Assembly (NCBI GenBank): GCA_963664015.2
Contig: CAXXLF010000002.1
Coordinates: 1,792,001-1,856,000 of the forward strand
Reading direction: 5' to 3'
DNA: 64,000 nucleotides
Source: Candidatus Binatia bacterium
GTDB lineage: Bacteria > Desulfobacterota > Binatia > UBA9968 > CAXXLF01
Part shown: piece by piece, positions 10,297 to 20,842 of the stretch
Layout: each line of letters begins with the position of its first letter
Numbering within the stretch: the first letter of the stretch is position 1
Made by a program: the position numbers and the translations under genes
Notes under the pieces: generated by a model
The model's input: the letters and a program-made list of their open reading frames with translations, nothing else
Databases searched by the model: none
What the model was told of the DNA's origin: nothing

Positions 10297-10388
10297 TTTG
10301 ACCTTGGAGCTTTTGTTGCATCGCAGAGCAGGGGCTGACCGAACCCATGATACCGCTTGGTTGATAGACACCAGGGTCCAAGGTCAAA
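10297..10388. repeat. Inverted repeat (12-bp arms, 68-nt spacer)
   Basis: TTTGACCTTGGA (10297-10308) / TCCAAGGTCAAA (10377-10388). Confidence 0.6.
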
Positions 10389-10528
10389 GTCGTTTTGTGA
10401 ACCTAGCGACAATCCATGGTGACGATCAGATTCTTGAAGCCTTGTTGAAAAAGGTCCCGGGTCCATGATTCGGGTGCCCCAATTGAAAAGAATGATAATC
10501 TGCCGATAGCGTTGGTGATTACGGAGTA

Positions 10529-10990
10529 ATGATGGCTTAGAAGAAGTCTGAAAAAGCCAAAACGGTGAAAAAAGTGAAACGCAGGGGGTGGTCCCACCCA
10601 TTGAGGTGTCCGATTTACAGCGGGCAGTGGAAGAGGACGGGGGAAAGGTCCTGGGTATTTATCGGGAACCGTACGGTGGCTCTTGGGTGGCCATAGCGGC
10701 CTTGCCCATCGACCAGGTCGAGCCGACGCCTTTCCAACGCAATCTTTCGGAAGCCCACGTACGTAAGCTCGAGACCGCTATTGGCAGGCTGGGGTGCTTT
10801 TTCGACCCCATTGTGGTGGTGCGGGCCCAGGGGGCAACCGAGTCGAATGTTAAGTACTGGACACCCAATGGGCACCATTGGGCTTTGATGACGCCCTGGA
10901 ACGAATGATGAAAGCCGCCGCCAAATTCAATCCGGAGAAGATCAAGGTGGAAGATCTGGCTCGCAGTGGCGGGCCTATGGAAGAAGGCGG
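10529..10990 (+). pseudogene. Degraded ParB-like nuclease domain protein
   Basis: LPIDQVEPTPFQRNLSEAH, FFDPIV, YWTPNGHH then frame switch to C-terminal FDDALERMMKAAAKFNPEKIKVEDLARSGG; early TAG at 10538. Confidence 0.7.
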
Positions 10991-11420
10991 CTGTTCCTGT
11001 ACGTTCTCGACACCTTCTGAGCCAGTTGGCGGTGGGCGATTATCGGACGGCACTGTCCATTTCCACCCCTGGTGACTCTCCCATAGAACTGGTCGAGGAG
11101 CGAGCCAAGTCGAATTTCCCATTCCCACCTGTCGGCTATACGCTTCTCTATGATCCCGGGGTCGAAACTCCCTTTAATCATCTCAATACTCCGCTATTAG
11201 CAAAGCTGGCCCATGATTGGGGCGATGCTCCTTTTATTGATCGAAGTCTTGCTGCGTCAGTGGGGCTCCTGGAGGGGGCTTTAGGGCCTCACGATTATAG
11301 GAACAGATGCCTTTGAAGACGCTGCCGTGTTGCCGTATACTCTTTCCAGTCCACCGGGCAGAGGGGTGATGTCACGATTGAAACGTGGGCTGCTGGCATT
11401 GGATCAAAAGGAACAAGACG

Positions 11421-11723
11421 ATGGAAAAATCAGAGCATCATGGGCTGTTAGAGCTGTTTAACTTGGGGGCGAGGTTGGGCTCGTTGGAAGGCTACCTCTA
11501 TGGCGCGGCGAAAGTAGAGAAAAAGTATCTGGCCGGATGGCTGCATAATATAGACCGTGAGTTCAAAGAGCTGCCTACGGAGGTCGGTCGCCATATCGCA
11601 GAGGATTATGCGACCGTACTGGATAAGGTGCTAAAACTCGTCCAGGGACACTTTGGGGAAAATGACGTGGACACGCTACAGGTCAAGGAAATTGTGGCCA
11701 GTCTCAAAGGACTCAACCAGTGA
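11421..11723 (+). CDS. Hypothetical protein
   Basis: 100-aa helical ORF (LFNLGARLGSLEGYLY) upstream of lexA. Confidence 0.65.
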   Translation: MEKSEHHGLLELFNLGARLGSLEGYLYGAAKVEKKYLAGWLHNIDREFKELPTEVGRHIAEDYATVLDKVLKLVQGHFGENDVDTLQVKEIVASLKGLNQ

Positions 11724-11823
11724 GGTGGAAAACCGGAAAAGGTACTGAAATCATAGGGGGTCGGAACTTGCCATGCGCTTTTTCTTTGCCTAAGATGAAA
11801 AGTCCAGAAATCGGCTGGATCTA

Positions 11824-12429
11824 ATGATCCTGACTAAACGACAGAAAGAGATTCTTGATTACGTACAGGGGTATACGGCACAGCAGGGATACGCCCCAAC
11901 CCTTGCTGAAATCGGCCTTCACTTCGGTCTGACCTCTTTGGCCACGGTGCATAAGCACCTCACCAATTTGGAGGAAAAAAGGCTAATTCGAAGGCAGCGA
12001 AACCGAAGCCGGGCCCTTGAGGTGGTTCAAAATCTAAGGAAGAGAAGAGCTGCCGTGGAAGTCCCCCTCTTGGGTATGGTGGCAGCGGGGTCTCCTATTG
12101 AGGCCGTGGAGATAAACGACAGCCTGGCCGTTCCTGAGGAATTGGTGCGGGATAAAAATGTTTTTGTTCTCCAGGTCAAGGGCGATTCGATGATTGACGA
12201 ACAGATCCTCGACGGAGACCTGATCCTTGTACAGGCCCGATCTAGCGCGGAAAACGGGGAGACGGTTGTTGCCTTAGTCGACGGGGGTTCGACGGTAAAG
12301 AAGTTCTATCGGGAAGCCGGCGGTCAGATTCGCCTACAACCGGCCAACGAATACCTGGAGCCCATCTGGGCGCCTGAGGATCGCGTGGAAGTCCGGGGAG
12401 TTGTGGTGGCCGTGATCCGTAAGTATTAG
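11824..12429 (+). CDS. lexA: SOS repressor LexA
   Basis: LTKRQKEIL wHTH, VAAG cleavage site, GDSM Ser, TVKK Lys, LQPAN. Confidence 0.96.
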   Translation: MILTKRQKEILDYVQGYTAQQGYAPTLAEIGLHFGLTSLATVHKHLTNLEEKRLIRRQRNRSRALEVVQNLRKRRAAVEVPLLGMVAAGSPIEAVEINDSLAVPEELVRDKNVFVLQVKGDSMIDEQILDGDLILVQARSSAENGETVVALVDGGSTVKKFYREAGGQIRLQPANEYLEPIWAPEDRVEVRGVVVAVIRKY

Positions 12430-12606
12430 GGGTGTGCGAACTTTTCCCCTTACCACCGGATTTCCCGTATACAAGTGGAGGGGTTGGATTGATAAGGCAC
12501 TCTGCAGACTAACACCGTAAAAACAAAGGGATACGTCCAAGGACCGGGGTTTACAATTGCAGGGTCAGATGCTAAGGGATTGTGAAACAATAGCCGCGAG
12601 GTGTTT

Positions 12607-13140
12607 ATGGCCGGAGAAAAAGCAGAAAGTAAAGAGCGAATCTACTTTAGGGGCCTTCAGAATATCAACTATAGCTTGATGGAGGTCATGCAACAGATGC
12701 GGGATCTCCCCCGTGTGATCAAGGCTAAAGATCTGCCCCCCCGCGATGTAACGGGTCCCCAATACTTTAACCGATGGCTCATGGAACCTGCCATGGGAAA
12801 GATGCAGAGCATCCAGTCCCACATGGTGGATCTGGCCCCAGGGGGGCGTTCCCAGAAACACGGTCACATGAACGAGGCGGTTTTCTACATCCTGGATGGC
12901 AAGGGGTACGATATACACGACGGCGAACGTTACGACTATGAGGCGGGTGACATCGTTGTGGTGCGCAACGGCTGTGTACACCAACACTTCAACTCGGACT
13001 CCAAAAAACCTCTAAAGGCATTGGTTGTCAAGAGTAAGCCAATGTATTTGTTTATGAATCTGCTCTTTCAAACGGTAGTGGAAAAAGCGCCTGGGGGGTC
13101 CCCCCCGGGGTTCGAGGGGTGGGACGCGGAAGATTTTTAA
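12607..13140 (+). CDS. Cupin domain protein
   Basis: QKHGHMNEAVFYILDGKG and VHQHFN metal-binding motifs. Confidence 0.9.
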   Translation: MAGEKAESKERIYFRGLQNINYSLMEVMQQMRDLPRVIKAKDLPPRDVTGPQYFNRWLMEPAMGKMQSIQSHMVDLAPGGRSQKHGHMNEAVFYILDGKGYDIHDGERYDYEAGDIVVVRNGCVHQHFNSDSKKPLKALVVKSKPMYLFMNLLFQTVVEKAPGGSPPGFEGWDAEDF

Positions 13141-13170
13141 CGAGATCAAACTCGAGGCGAGGAACTTTCC

Positions 13171-13725
13171 ATGAAACACGAAGAGGCAAAGAAATTCCAA
13201 ATTGGTAAGAAAAAGGCGCGCTATTACGACGCGAGCATCGAAGAAGTCCAAAAAAATAAAAAAGCGGACACAAAGCTCCAGGAAGTCGTTAAGGCCAAAG
13301 ATATGCCGTGGGAGGACTCTCGTCACGGGCGGCTGAAGCATATTGTGAATGAAAAAACGAAGGCCAGAGTGAAGACCGTGGATATGTATATTCAAGAAAT
13401 TCCACAAGGAGGTTGTTCTGGCAAACACCGGCACATGGCAGAAGAGTTTCTCTTTGTTCTTGAGGGAAGGGGATACGATCTCCACTGGGACGTTAATGCG
13501 CGAATCGGGGATAAGTACACCTGGGAGGTTGAGAAAGAGCCCAAACGGTACGAATGGGAGGCGGGAGACGTGATCTTTGTTCCCGTCAACACGGTTCATC
13601 AGCACTTCAACTCGGACCCGGAAAAGCCGGCGCGGTTGCTCTCTGGAATGAATCGGATCTACAAAGACATGGGTTTTCATGACCTGGAGCAGATCGAAGA
13701 TGCCCCGGAGGTCAAGGGACTGTAA
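13171..13725 (+). CDS. Cupin domain protein (paralog of upstream gene)
   Basis: KHRHMAEEFLFVLEGRG, WEAGD, VHQHFN. Confidence 0.9.
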   Translation: MKHEEAKKFQIGKKKARYYDASIEEVQKNKKADTKLQEVVKAKDMPWEDSRHGRLKHIVNEKTKARVKTVDMYIQEIPQGGCSGKHRHMAEEFLFVLEGRGYDLHWDVNARIGDKYTWEVEKEPKRYEWEAGDVIFVPVNTVHQHFNSDPEKPARLLSGMNRIYKDMGFHDLEQIEDAPEVKGL

Positions 13726-13837
13726 CACCTCCCCATATTTCTAGGTCAATTCCTCACTTACCTCCTTAACCGGGCCTCCCATCGGTCTGTTTTTTTCTGA
13801 GGCCATCGCAGGATGGCGTTCTATAGGATGTTGGACT

Positions 13838-15886
13838 GTGCATACGAACTACCTCATTGGAGAAACCAGTCCCTATCTGCTGCAGCACGCCCATAATCCC
13901 GTCAATTGGTATCCCTGGGGGGATGAGGCACTAGATCGGGCCCAAAGGGAGAAAAGGCCGATTCTTCTCAGCATCGGTTATTCTGCTTGTCATTGGTGTC
14001 ACGTCATGGAGCATGAGTCGTTTGAAAACGAGGAAATCGCCGCTCTGATGAATGAACATTTCGTCAATATCAAGGTGGATAGGGAGGAGCGGCCGGACCT
14101 GGATGAGATCTACATGAATGCCGTTCAAATGCTGACGGGCCGCGGTGGTTGGCCTATGACCCTGTTTCTGACGCCAGAGGGGAAACCTTTTTTTGGCGGC
14201 ACCTACTTTCCACCGGAAGACCGATACGGGGTCCAGGGCTTTCCCAGTATCCTCACGGCCGTGGCCCAGGTCTATCGCGAGAAGCCCGATCAGGTAGCGA
14301 CCACCGTGGACAAGCTGGTTGACGGACTGAATCGGCTGGGGGCGGTCACCGAGAGCGATAGTATCCTTTCTTCGAATACGGTTAGAGGGGCTGCCGAACA
14401 GCTCGCCGATGCCTACGATCACGAAAATGGTGGATTGGGGCGTGCACCGAAATTTCCCAATGTGGGAGTGCTAGCCCTTTTTCTCCGCGTTTACTGGCGC
14501 ACCGGTGAAGGTCGCTACCTGGATATGATCACCCATACGCTCAAGCGGATGGCCGACGGTGGCATCTATGATCATTTGGGGGGCGGGTTCCACCGTTATT
14601 CGGTCGATGAGAAATGGATGGTCCCTCACTTTGAAAAAATGATTTACGACAATGCTCAGCTGACGCGGATCTACGCAGACCTCTATCGTGTCACGGGGGA
14701 GCCTCGATTCAAGCAAGTTGTAGAGGATAACATCGAATATCTGTTGCGCGAGATGGTGCATCCAGAGGGAGGATTTTACTCCACCCAGGATGCGGATAGC
14801 GAAGGAGACGAAGGAAAATACTATGTGTGGGATCGTGCTGAGGTGATGAGCCTGCTGGGTGAAGAAACCGGCGATATCTTCGGGCGGTTCTATGATGTCA
14901 GCGATGTGGGTAATTTTGAAGGAAAAAACATTCTCCATCCCATTCTGACTCTTGATCAGGCGGCAAGGTATTTCAAAAAGGAGCCGGCCGAAATCGACGC
15001 AGTGATCAATCGATCCAAAGCAATGCTGTTAGAGAAGAGGGAAACGAGGGGCAAGCCTTTCCGGGATGAAAAGATTCTAGCCTCGTGGAACGGCCTCATG
15101 TTGTCGGCCATGGGTGCGGCCTTGAAGATCAGCGATCAGCCGGCTCTGCGAAAAACGGCAGAACGGACCGTCGAGTTCCTTTTCACAAAGATGGTGCAAG
15201 GGGATCTGATTCTTCATACCTACAAAGATGGAAAGGGCAAAATTCCAGGGTTTTTAGATGACTACTGTTTCGTGAGTGCGGGACTTCTGGATCTCTATGA
15301 GGTGACATTGGAGACCAGCTTCTATGAAAAAGCCCGGTGGCTTGCGGACAGAATGATCGCTGATTTTTGGGATGATCAACATGGGGGATTCTTCACCACG
15401 GGAACTGCACACGATCGGCTCATCAGCCGAAGTAAACCGGCCTTTGATGGTTCCGTTCCCTCGGGTAACGCGGTAGCATGCCAAGTGCTTTTAAAACTCT
15501 ATCACTACACAGGGGAAGAACATTACCTGCACCGAGGGGAGCGGATCCTACGATTGTACTACGACGCCATGGAACAACACCCCTTTGGATTGACCGAGAT
15601 GATTGCTGCACTGGATCTCTATCTCGAAGGGTCCAAGGAGATTGTCATCGTGGGGGAGCGCCAGGACCCTGCTGTGCATGACATGTTGACCGGACTTAGA
15701 TCTTTGTACCTTCCGGACGTGACGCTGCAGTGCGCGGAGTCCGGAGTGGATCTGCTGCAGAGCGCACCTTGGCTACGAGGCAAGTCTCAAATTGACGGAA
15801 AACCAACGGCCTATGTGTGCCAGAATTTTACCTGTTCGGCCCCTGTTACGGACTGGGAAGGTTTAAAGAAATTATTGGAGAAATGA
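13838..15886 (+). CDS. Thioredoxin-domain protein YyaL/SPATA20 (DUF255) family
   Basis: [50 protein letters not shown]. Confidence 0.95.
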   Translation: MHTNYLIGETSPYLLQHAHNPVNWYPWGDEALDRAQREKRPILLSIGYSACHWCHVMEHESFENEEIAALMNEHFVNIKVDREERPDLDEIYMNAVQMLTGRGGWPMTLFLTPEGKPFFGGTYFPPEDRYGVQGFPSILTAVAQVYREKPDQVATTVDKLVDGLNRLGAVTESDSILSSNTVRGAAEQLADAYDHENGGLGRAPKFPNVGVLALFLRVYWRTGEGRYLDMITHTLKRMADGGIYDHLGGGFHRYSVDEKWMVPHFEKMIYDNAQLTRIYADLYRVTGEPRFKQVVEDNIEYLLREMVHPEGGFYSTQDADSEGDEGKYYVWDRAEVMSLLGEETGDIFGRFYDVSDVGNFEGKNILHPILTLDQAARYFKKEPAEIDAVINRSKAMLLEKRETRGKPFRDEKILASWNGLMLSAMGAALKISDQPALRKTAERTVEFLFTKMVQGDLILHTYKDGKGKIPGFLDDYCFVSAGLLDLYEVTLETSFYEKARWLADRMIADFWDDQHGGFFTTGTAHDRLISRSKPAFDGSVPSGNAVACQVLLKLYHYTGEEHYLHRGERILRLYYDAMEQHPFGLTEMIAALDLYLEGSKEIVIVGERQDPAVHDMLTGLRSLYLPDVTLQCAESGVDLLQSAPWLRGKSQIDGKPTAYVCQNFTCSAPVTDWEGLKKLLEK

Positions 15887-15952
15887 AATCGGTGGACGGA
15901 TGGTCAATTCGAATGGATAAAAACCTAATCTTATCTAAGGACGGTGCGTATT

Positions 15953-17413
15953 ATGGTTAAAATGTTTTTCGGCGGCGAGCAACGAGATTCTAAGAGCGGT
16001 GCGGTGACGGAAATCCGAAACCCTGCCACGGGGGAAGTGGTCGATACGGTTCCCAAGGGAACCGTTGAAGACGTTCGGGAAGCCATCGATATGGCCCATG
16101 ATTCGGCTAAAGGTTGGGCTAAGATCTCGACAGCCAAGCGGGGCGCCCTGCTGTTTGAGGCCGCTCACCTCATTAAGTCCAAGGAAAAGGAACTGGCGAC
16201 CTTGCTGACTCAGGAACAGGGAAAACCTATTCGCGAGTCGGTCCTGGAAATCCGCCGATTGGTACACACCCTGGAGCACTATGCGGGGATGGCCAAGTGC
16301 CTGAGGGGCGGTTTCGTGGGACTGGATGACGGGCGTTACGGGCTGATTATGAGGAAACCCGTTGGGTTGTGCGGGGCCATTGTGCCGTGGAACTTTCCCG
16401 TTGCTCTTATGGGAAACAAGATCGGACCCGCACTTCTGGCGGGTAACCCCATGGTAATCAAACCCGCGGGGACAACCCCTTTAACGGGCGTTCGCTGCGT
16501 AGAACTCATCCACCAGGCGGGACTGCCCAAGGGTGTCATTAATATCATCACCGGACCGGGCAGCGTGGTCGGAGAGGAAATTCTCCAACACTCCAAAGTT
16601 AGGAAGGTCGGGTTCACAGGTGAAACCGGAACAGGGAAGCATGTCATGGAAGTCGCTTCCAAAGAGGTCAAGCATGTCACGTTGGAACTAGGCGGCAGCG
16701 ACCCCATGATTGTGTGCGACGATGCTGACCTCGACCGGGCCGTAAGCGCAGCATCGGTGGGCCGTTTTTTCAATTGCGGGCAGGCCTGTTTGGCCGTCAA
16801 GAGAGTTTACGTCTTTGACAAGATCGCGGACACCTTCATAGAGAGGATCATCGAAAAGGTCAAAAAGCTACGCATTGGAAATGGAATCAAGTCCGATACC
16901 CTTATCGGTCCGCTTCACACGGCGGCGCAGCGTGAGGAAGTCGAAGAGATGGTCGAGGACGCTGTCAAGCGAGGCGCCAAGCTGGTCCATGGGGGAGTGC
17001 GTCCCAAAGGTGATGAGTTTAATCAGGGCAATTATCTCCTTCCCGCCCTTTTGACGAACGTGGATCTGGACTCCCGTATCCTTGTCGAGGAGTGTTTTGG
17101 ACCGGCTCTGCCAATCGTGCGAGTGCGTAATCTTGACGAGGCCCTCACTCAGGCTAATCGTTCGATCTTTGGTCTCGGTTCATCCGTTTGGACCAAAGAT
17201 ATCAACAAGGCCATGCGAGCCGCGGAACATCTCGAGGCCGGTTACACCTGGGTCAACTCGGCACAGATCATATATGACGAATTGCCCTTTGGCGGGGTCA
17301 AGCAAAGTGGACTCGGCAAGGAGCACGGGAGTGAGGCCATCGACTTTTACACCGAGACCAAATCGGTCGTGATCGCCACGGACGTGCAGACCGAGGAGGT
17401 AGGGGGAGAATAG
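15953..17413 (+). CDS. Aldehyde dehydrogenase
   Basis: PWNFP, FTG, LELGG, GQAC catalytic Cys, EECFGP, PFGGVKQSG. Confidence 0.95.
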   Translation: MVKMFFGGEQRDSKSGAVTEIRNPATGEVVDTVPKGTVEDVREAIDMAHDSAKGWAKISTAKRGALLFEAAHLIKSKEKELATLLTQEQGKPIRESVLEIRRLVHTLEHYAGMAKCLRGGFVGLDDGRYGLIMRKPVGLCGAIVPWNFPVALMGNKIGPALLAGNPMVIKPAGTTPLTGVRCVELIHQAGLPKGVINIITGPGSVVGEEILQHSKVRKVGFTGETGTGKHVMEVASKEVKHVTLELGGSDPMIVCDDADLDRAVSAASVGRFFNCGQACLAVKRVYVFDKIADTFIERIIEKVKKLRIGNGIKSDTLIGPLHTAAQREEVEEMVEDAVKRGAKLVHGGVRPKGDEFNQGNYLLPALLTNVDLDSRILVEECFGPALPIVRVRNLDEALTQANRSIFGLGSSVWTKDINKAMRAAEHLEAGYTWVNSAQIIYDELPFGGVKQSGLGKEHGSEAIDFYTETKSVVIATDVQTEEVGGE

Positions 17414-17429
17414 AAACCCGGAGAGACCA

Positions 17430-18977
17430 ATGAGAGTTGAGTTGCCAGATATCTATAACGCCGCCACCACTTTTGTCGATGAGAATATAAAGGCGGGCCG
17501 GGGCGGCAAAACCGCTATCTATTACCAGGATCAACGGATCACCTATCAGGACCTTTTCGAGCGGGTCAATCGGACCGGTAACGCTCTCAAGTCCCTTGGT
17601 CTGGACATCGAGCAGAGGGTGCTTTTGGTTTTACCCGATAGCCCCGACTTTGCCTTCGCATTCTTCGGGGCCATGAAAATCGGGGCCGTGCCCATTCCCA
17701 TCAATCCCTGGATGGCGGCAAAAGATTATGAGTACTTGCTGACTGATAGCAAGGCGAGGGTGTTGATCCTTCACGAATCCGTCGTCCCCGAGATGCAAAA
17801 GATATGGGACCGGGCACGTCACTTAAGACACGTGCTGGTGGTAGGAAAACCCGTGGGTCGTGCAAAATCCTTTGACACGGTGGTTTCCCAGGCTGCGAAG
17901 GAGCTAGATGCCGAGCCAACCCAGCCGGAAGACGTCGCCATGTGGCTCTATACCTCGGGCAGCACAGGCTTTCCCAAGGGGGCCGTCCATCTCCATCGTG
18001 ACATGATCACCATCACGGACCTGTTCGTCAAACCCGTGCTTGGAATGGGTGAAGACGACATCTGCTTTTCGGCCTCTAAACTCTTTTTTGCCTATGGGTT
18101 GGGGAACTCCCTTTATTTTCCTTTTCGCTTCGGTGCCTCCACCGTCCTGTGGCCGGAGCCCCCCGACCCGGAGAAGATCCTCCAGGTCATCGATCGGTAC
18201 CGTCCGACCTTTTTCTTTTCCGTTCCCACGCTCTTCAACCGCCTCCTGCGCGTGGAGAAGAACTACGACCTCAAGTCGCTCAGGATATGCCTATCATCGG
18301 GGGAGCCCCTTCCGCCGACGCTTTTTAACCAATGGAAGGAAAAGTTCGGACAGGAATTGTTGGACGTGGTGGGCTCGACGGAAGCCACCCATGATTTTCT
18401 TGCCAACCGGCCGGGCAAGGCGAAGCCTGGGAGCAGCGGTCAGGTGACTCCGGCCTTCGAAGCCAAGGTTGTTGATGACGAGTGGCGGGAGGTGCCGGTG
18501 GGAGAGGTCGGTCACCTCATGGTCAAGGGGGACGCCAACGCCCCATACTACTCGAACAAGAGCGAGCAGACCAAGAGGACCATGCTGGGAGAATGGCTGA
18601 AAACCGGTGATACCTATTACCAGGATGAGGAAGGTTATTTCTGGTATTGCGGGCGTTCCGACGACATGCTGAAAGTGGGAGGGATGTGGGTCTCTCCCAT
18701 CGAAGTCGAGAATACGCTCATGGAACATCCGTCGGTCCTGGAGGCCGCGGTGACGGGGCACCTGGACGGGGACGGACTGATCAAGCCCAAGGCCTTTGTG
18801 GTGTTAAAAGGCGAATACACGGCGGGGGAACCGTTGAAACAAGAGCTCCAAACCTTCGTCAGAGACAAGCTGATTCCTAACAAGTATCCGCGCTGGGTGG
18901 AGTTCGTAGAGGAACTTCCGAAGACCGCGACGGGGAAGATCCAGCGCTTCAAACTCAGACAGAAAGCCGAAAACTAA
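17430..18977 (+). CDS. Benzoate-CoA ligase family protein
   Basis: WLYTSGSTGFPKG, KLFFAYGLGNS, GSTE, GRSDDMLKVGG.WVSP, LPKTATGKIQR. Confidence 0.93.
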   Translation: MRVELPDIYNAATTFVDENIKAGRGGKTAIYYQDQRITYQDLFERVNRTGNALKSLGLDIEQRVLLVLPDSPDFAFAFFGAMKIGAVPIPINPWMAAKDYEYLLTDSKARVLILHESVVPEMQKIWDRARHLRHVLVVGKPVGRAKSFDTVVSQAAKELDAEPTQPEDVAMWLYTSGSTGFPKGAVHLHRDMITITDLFVKPVLGMGEDDICFSASKLFFAYGLGNSLYFPFRFGASTVLWPEPPDPEKILQVIDRYRPTFFFSVPTLFNRLLRVEKNYDLKSLRICLSSGEPLPPTLFNQWKEKFGQELLDVVGSTEATHDFLANRPGKAKPGSSGQVTPAFEAKVVDDEWREVPVGEVGHLMVKGDANAPYYSNKSEQTKRTMLGEWLKTGDTYYQDEEGYFWYCGRSDDMLKVGGMWVSPIEVENTLMEHPSVLEAAVTGHLDGDGLIKPKAFVVLKGEYTAGEPLKQELQTFVRDKLIPNKYPRWVEFVEELPKTATGKIQRFKLRQKAEN

Positions 18978-19005
18978 ACCACAGATTGAAACAGAGGGGA
19001 AACGA

Positions 19006-19704
19006 ATGGAGACTGAAGAGTTAAGAGAAAAAGTTGCCAGCGCGTGCAATATCCTGGCCCTGGAGGGCCATTGGGACAACATCCTGGGCCACGTTTCCGC
19101 TCGAATAACGGGGGAAGAGGCCTTCTTAATGAAGCCTCATAGTTTTGGTTTCGAGGAGATTAGGCCTCAGCATCTGATCGTTTGCAACTTTGACGGGGTG
19201 AAGATCAGGGGGGAAAATGAGCGCCACTCGGAGATTTTTATCCACTCGGAGATCTACCGGGCCCGACCCGACGTAGGTGCGGTGGTTCACAGCCACCCCC
19301 CTTACGCTGTTGCCTTTGGATCTCTACGCACGCCGCTACGACCCATCGGCCACGAAGGCTCCGTCTTTTGCGATGGCCTGCCCCTGTTCGACTATACGAC
19401 AGCGTTGATTCGGACCCCGGAACTGGGTGTTAAAGTAGCCGAGTATTTGGGAAACCATCGGGGGGTTCTGATGAAGAACCATGGATCTACGGTGGTGGGG
19501 GAATCGGTAGAGGTCGCTACGCTCTATGCGGTATTTCTAGAAAAGGCTGCACGCCTCCAGCTCCTGGCCATGGCTTCGGGCGATCCCTCTTGGAGCAGCG
19601 ACGAAGAGGCCAAGTTGAAATACGAACAGATCTATACTCCGCACCGTCTGACGTCCATGTGGGACTATTTCGTCCGGCGGGCGAAGAAATTAACGAAGGA
19701 CTGA
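19006..19704 (+). CDS. Class II aldolase/adducin family protein
   Basis: GHVSAR, EIFIHSEIYRARPDV..VVHSH, MKNHG. Confidence 0.92.
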   Translation: METEELREKVASACNILALEGHWDNILGHVSARITGEEAFLMKPHSFGFEEIRPQHLIVCNFDGVKIRGENERHSEIFIHSEIYRARPDVGAVVHSHPPYAVAFGSLRTPLRPIGHEGSVFCDGLPLFDYTTALIRTPELGVKVAEYLGNHRGVLMKNHGSTVVGESVEVATLYAVFLEKAARLQLLAMASGDPSWSSDEEAKLKYEQIYTPHRLTSMWDYFVRRAKKLTKD

Positions 19705-19746
19705 TTCGTAGCGGATAAGCTAATCACCGTCCGGTTGGAAGATTCA

Positions 19747-20739
19747 ATGGCTAAAAAGCTCCAACTAACCTTGGCCACGGGTGACTACGAAATTGTCCGG
19801 GCCCTCAAAGAGGGAGTTGTTCAGCCCGATGGGATTGAACTCACGGTCCTCACTGGAATGGACTCACCCACGCGCCATTGGCGTATGGCGCGGAACCGTG
19901 AATTTGATATCTGTGAATTTTCCTTCTCCATCTTTCTCTTGGGCAGAGAGAGAACAGCCGACCTGACAGCGATCCCGGTGTTTCTCCATCGGAGATTCCG
20001 CCACGGGTTTGTCTATATCAACTCGCAAAAAGGAATCCAACAACCCACCGATTTGATCGGCCGGAATGTGGGGCTAAAGAATTTCCAAGCGACGGCCCTG
20101 GTCTGGATTCGAGGAATCTTGGAAGACGAATACGATGTACCGCACAGAAAGATTTTTTGGAAGGCGGAAAGGGAGGAAGACGTGCCCTTTACATCGCCTC
20201 CAGGTTTGAGTCTCGAGCGTATCCCAGTAGGGAAGAGAGTCGAAAATATGCTGGCCGAGGGTGAGTTGGATGCCGTCATCCATCCGGATATTATCGGTCC
20301 GATTCTAGACGGGGACCCCAGGGTCAGGCGCCTGTTTGGAAATCATAAAGAACTCGAGATGGCCTATTACCGGAAGACCGGTTTCTTTCCCATCATGCAC
20401 ACGACAGTGATTAAACAGGAGATCGTCGATCGTTACCCATGGGTTCCCATGAACCTTCAGGTGGCCTTTGAGCGTTCCAAGCAAATCGCTTATGGGCAAA
20501 TGGAGAATCCTCGAAAAGTGCCCCTGGCCTGGTTTCGGGAGGCCCAAGAAGAGCAGGAAGCTGCCCTGGGCAAAGACCCCTGGATTTATGGTCTTGGCGA
20601 AACTAATCGGAAAAACCTTGGTGCGCTGATTCGGTACTCCCATCACCAGGGGATGATCTCCAGAGAATACTCGGTGGATGAATTGTTCGACAAAACCACT
20701 TGGGGCGAGGAGTGGAAGCTTCCCGTGGGGCGGGGATAA
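19747..20739 (+). CDS. 4,5-dihydroxyphthalate decarboxylase-like / PBP2-fold protein
   Basis: LATGDY, FDICE, IPVFLHRRFRH, FPIMH, DPWIYG. Confidence 0.85.
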   Translation: MAKKLQLTLATGDYEIVRALKEGVVQPDGIELTVLTGMDSPTRHWRMARNREFDICEFSFSIFLLGRERTADLTAIPVFLHRRFRHGFVYINSQKGIQQPTDLIGRNVGLKNFQATALVWIRGILEDEYDVPHRKIFWKAEREEDVPFTSPPGLSLERIPVGKRVENMLAEGELDAVIHPDIIGPILDGDPRVRRLFGNHKELEMAYYRKTGFFPIMHTTVIKQEIVDRYPWVPMNLQVAFERSKQIAYGQMENPRKVPLAWFREAQEEQEAALGKDPWIYGLGETNRKNLGALIRYSHHQGMISREYSVDELFDKTTWGEEWKLPVGRG

Positions 20740-20842
20740 GATCAGGCGCCACGTTTCTGGCGAACACTTTTCGGAAACTTTTCATGCTTCGACCCATGGG
20801 TTGGTGGTCTAAGATGCTCACGCACACAGGGGGAGAGGTTTT

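Noticed and set aside
10966-11316. 116-aa ORF
   Set aside because: Overlaps the ParB remnant, has no recognisable motif or RBS; the region may be decayed sequence.
11724-11823. LexA operator upstream of lexA
   Set aside because: No convincing palindrome matching SOS boxes I know (GAAC-N4-GTTC, CTGT-N8-ACAG, GGTT-N-ACC types).
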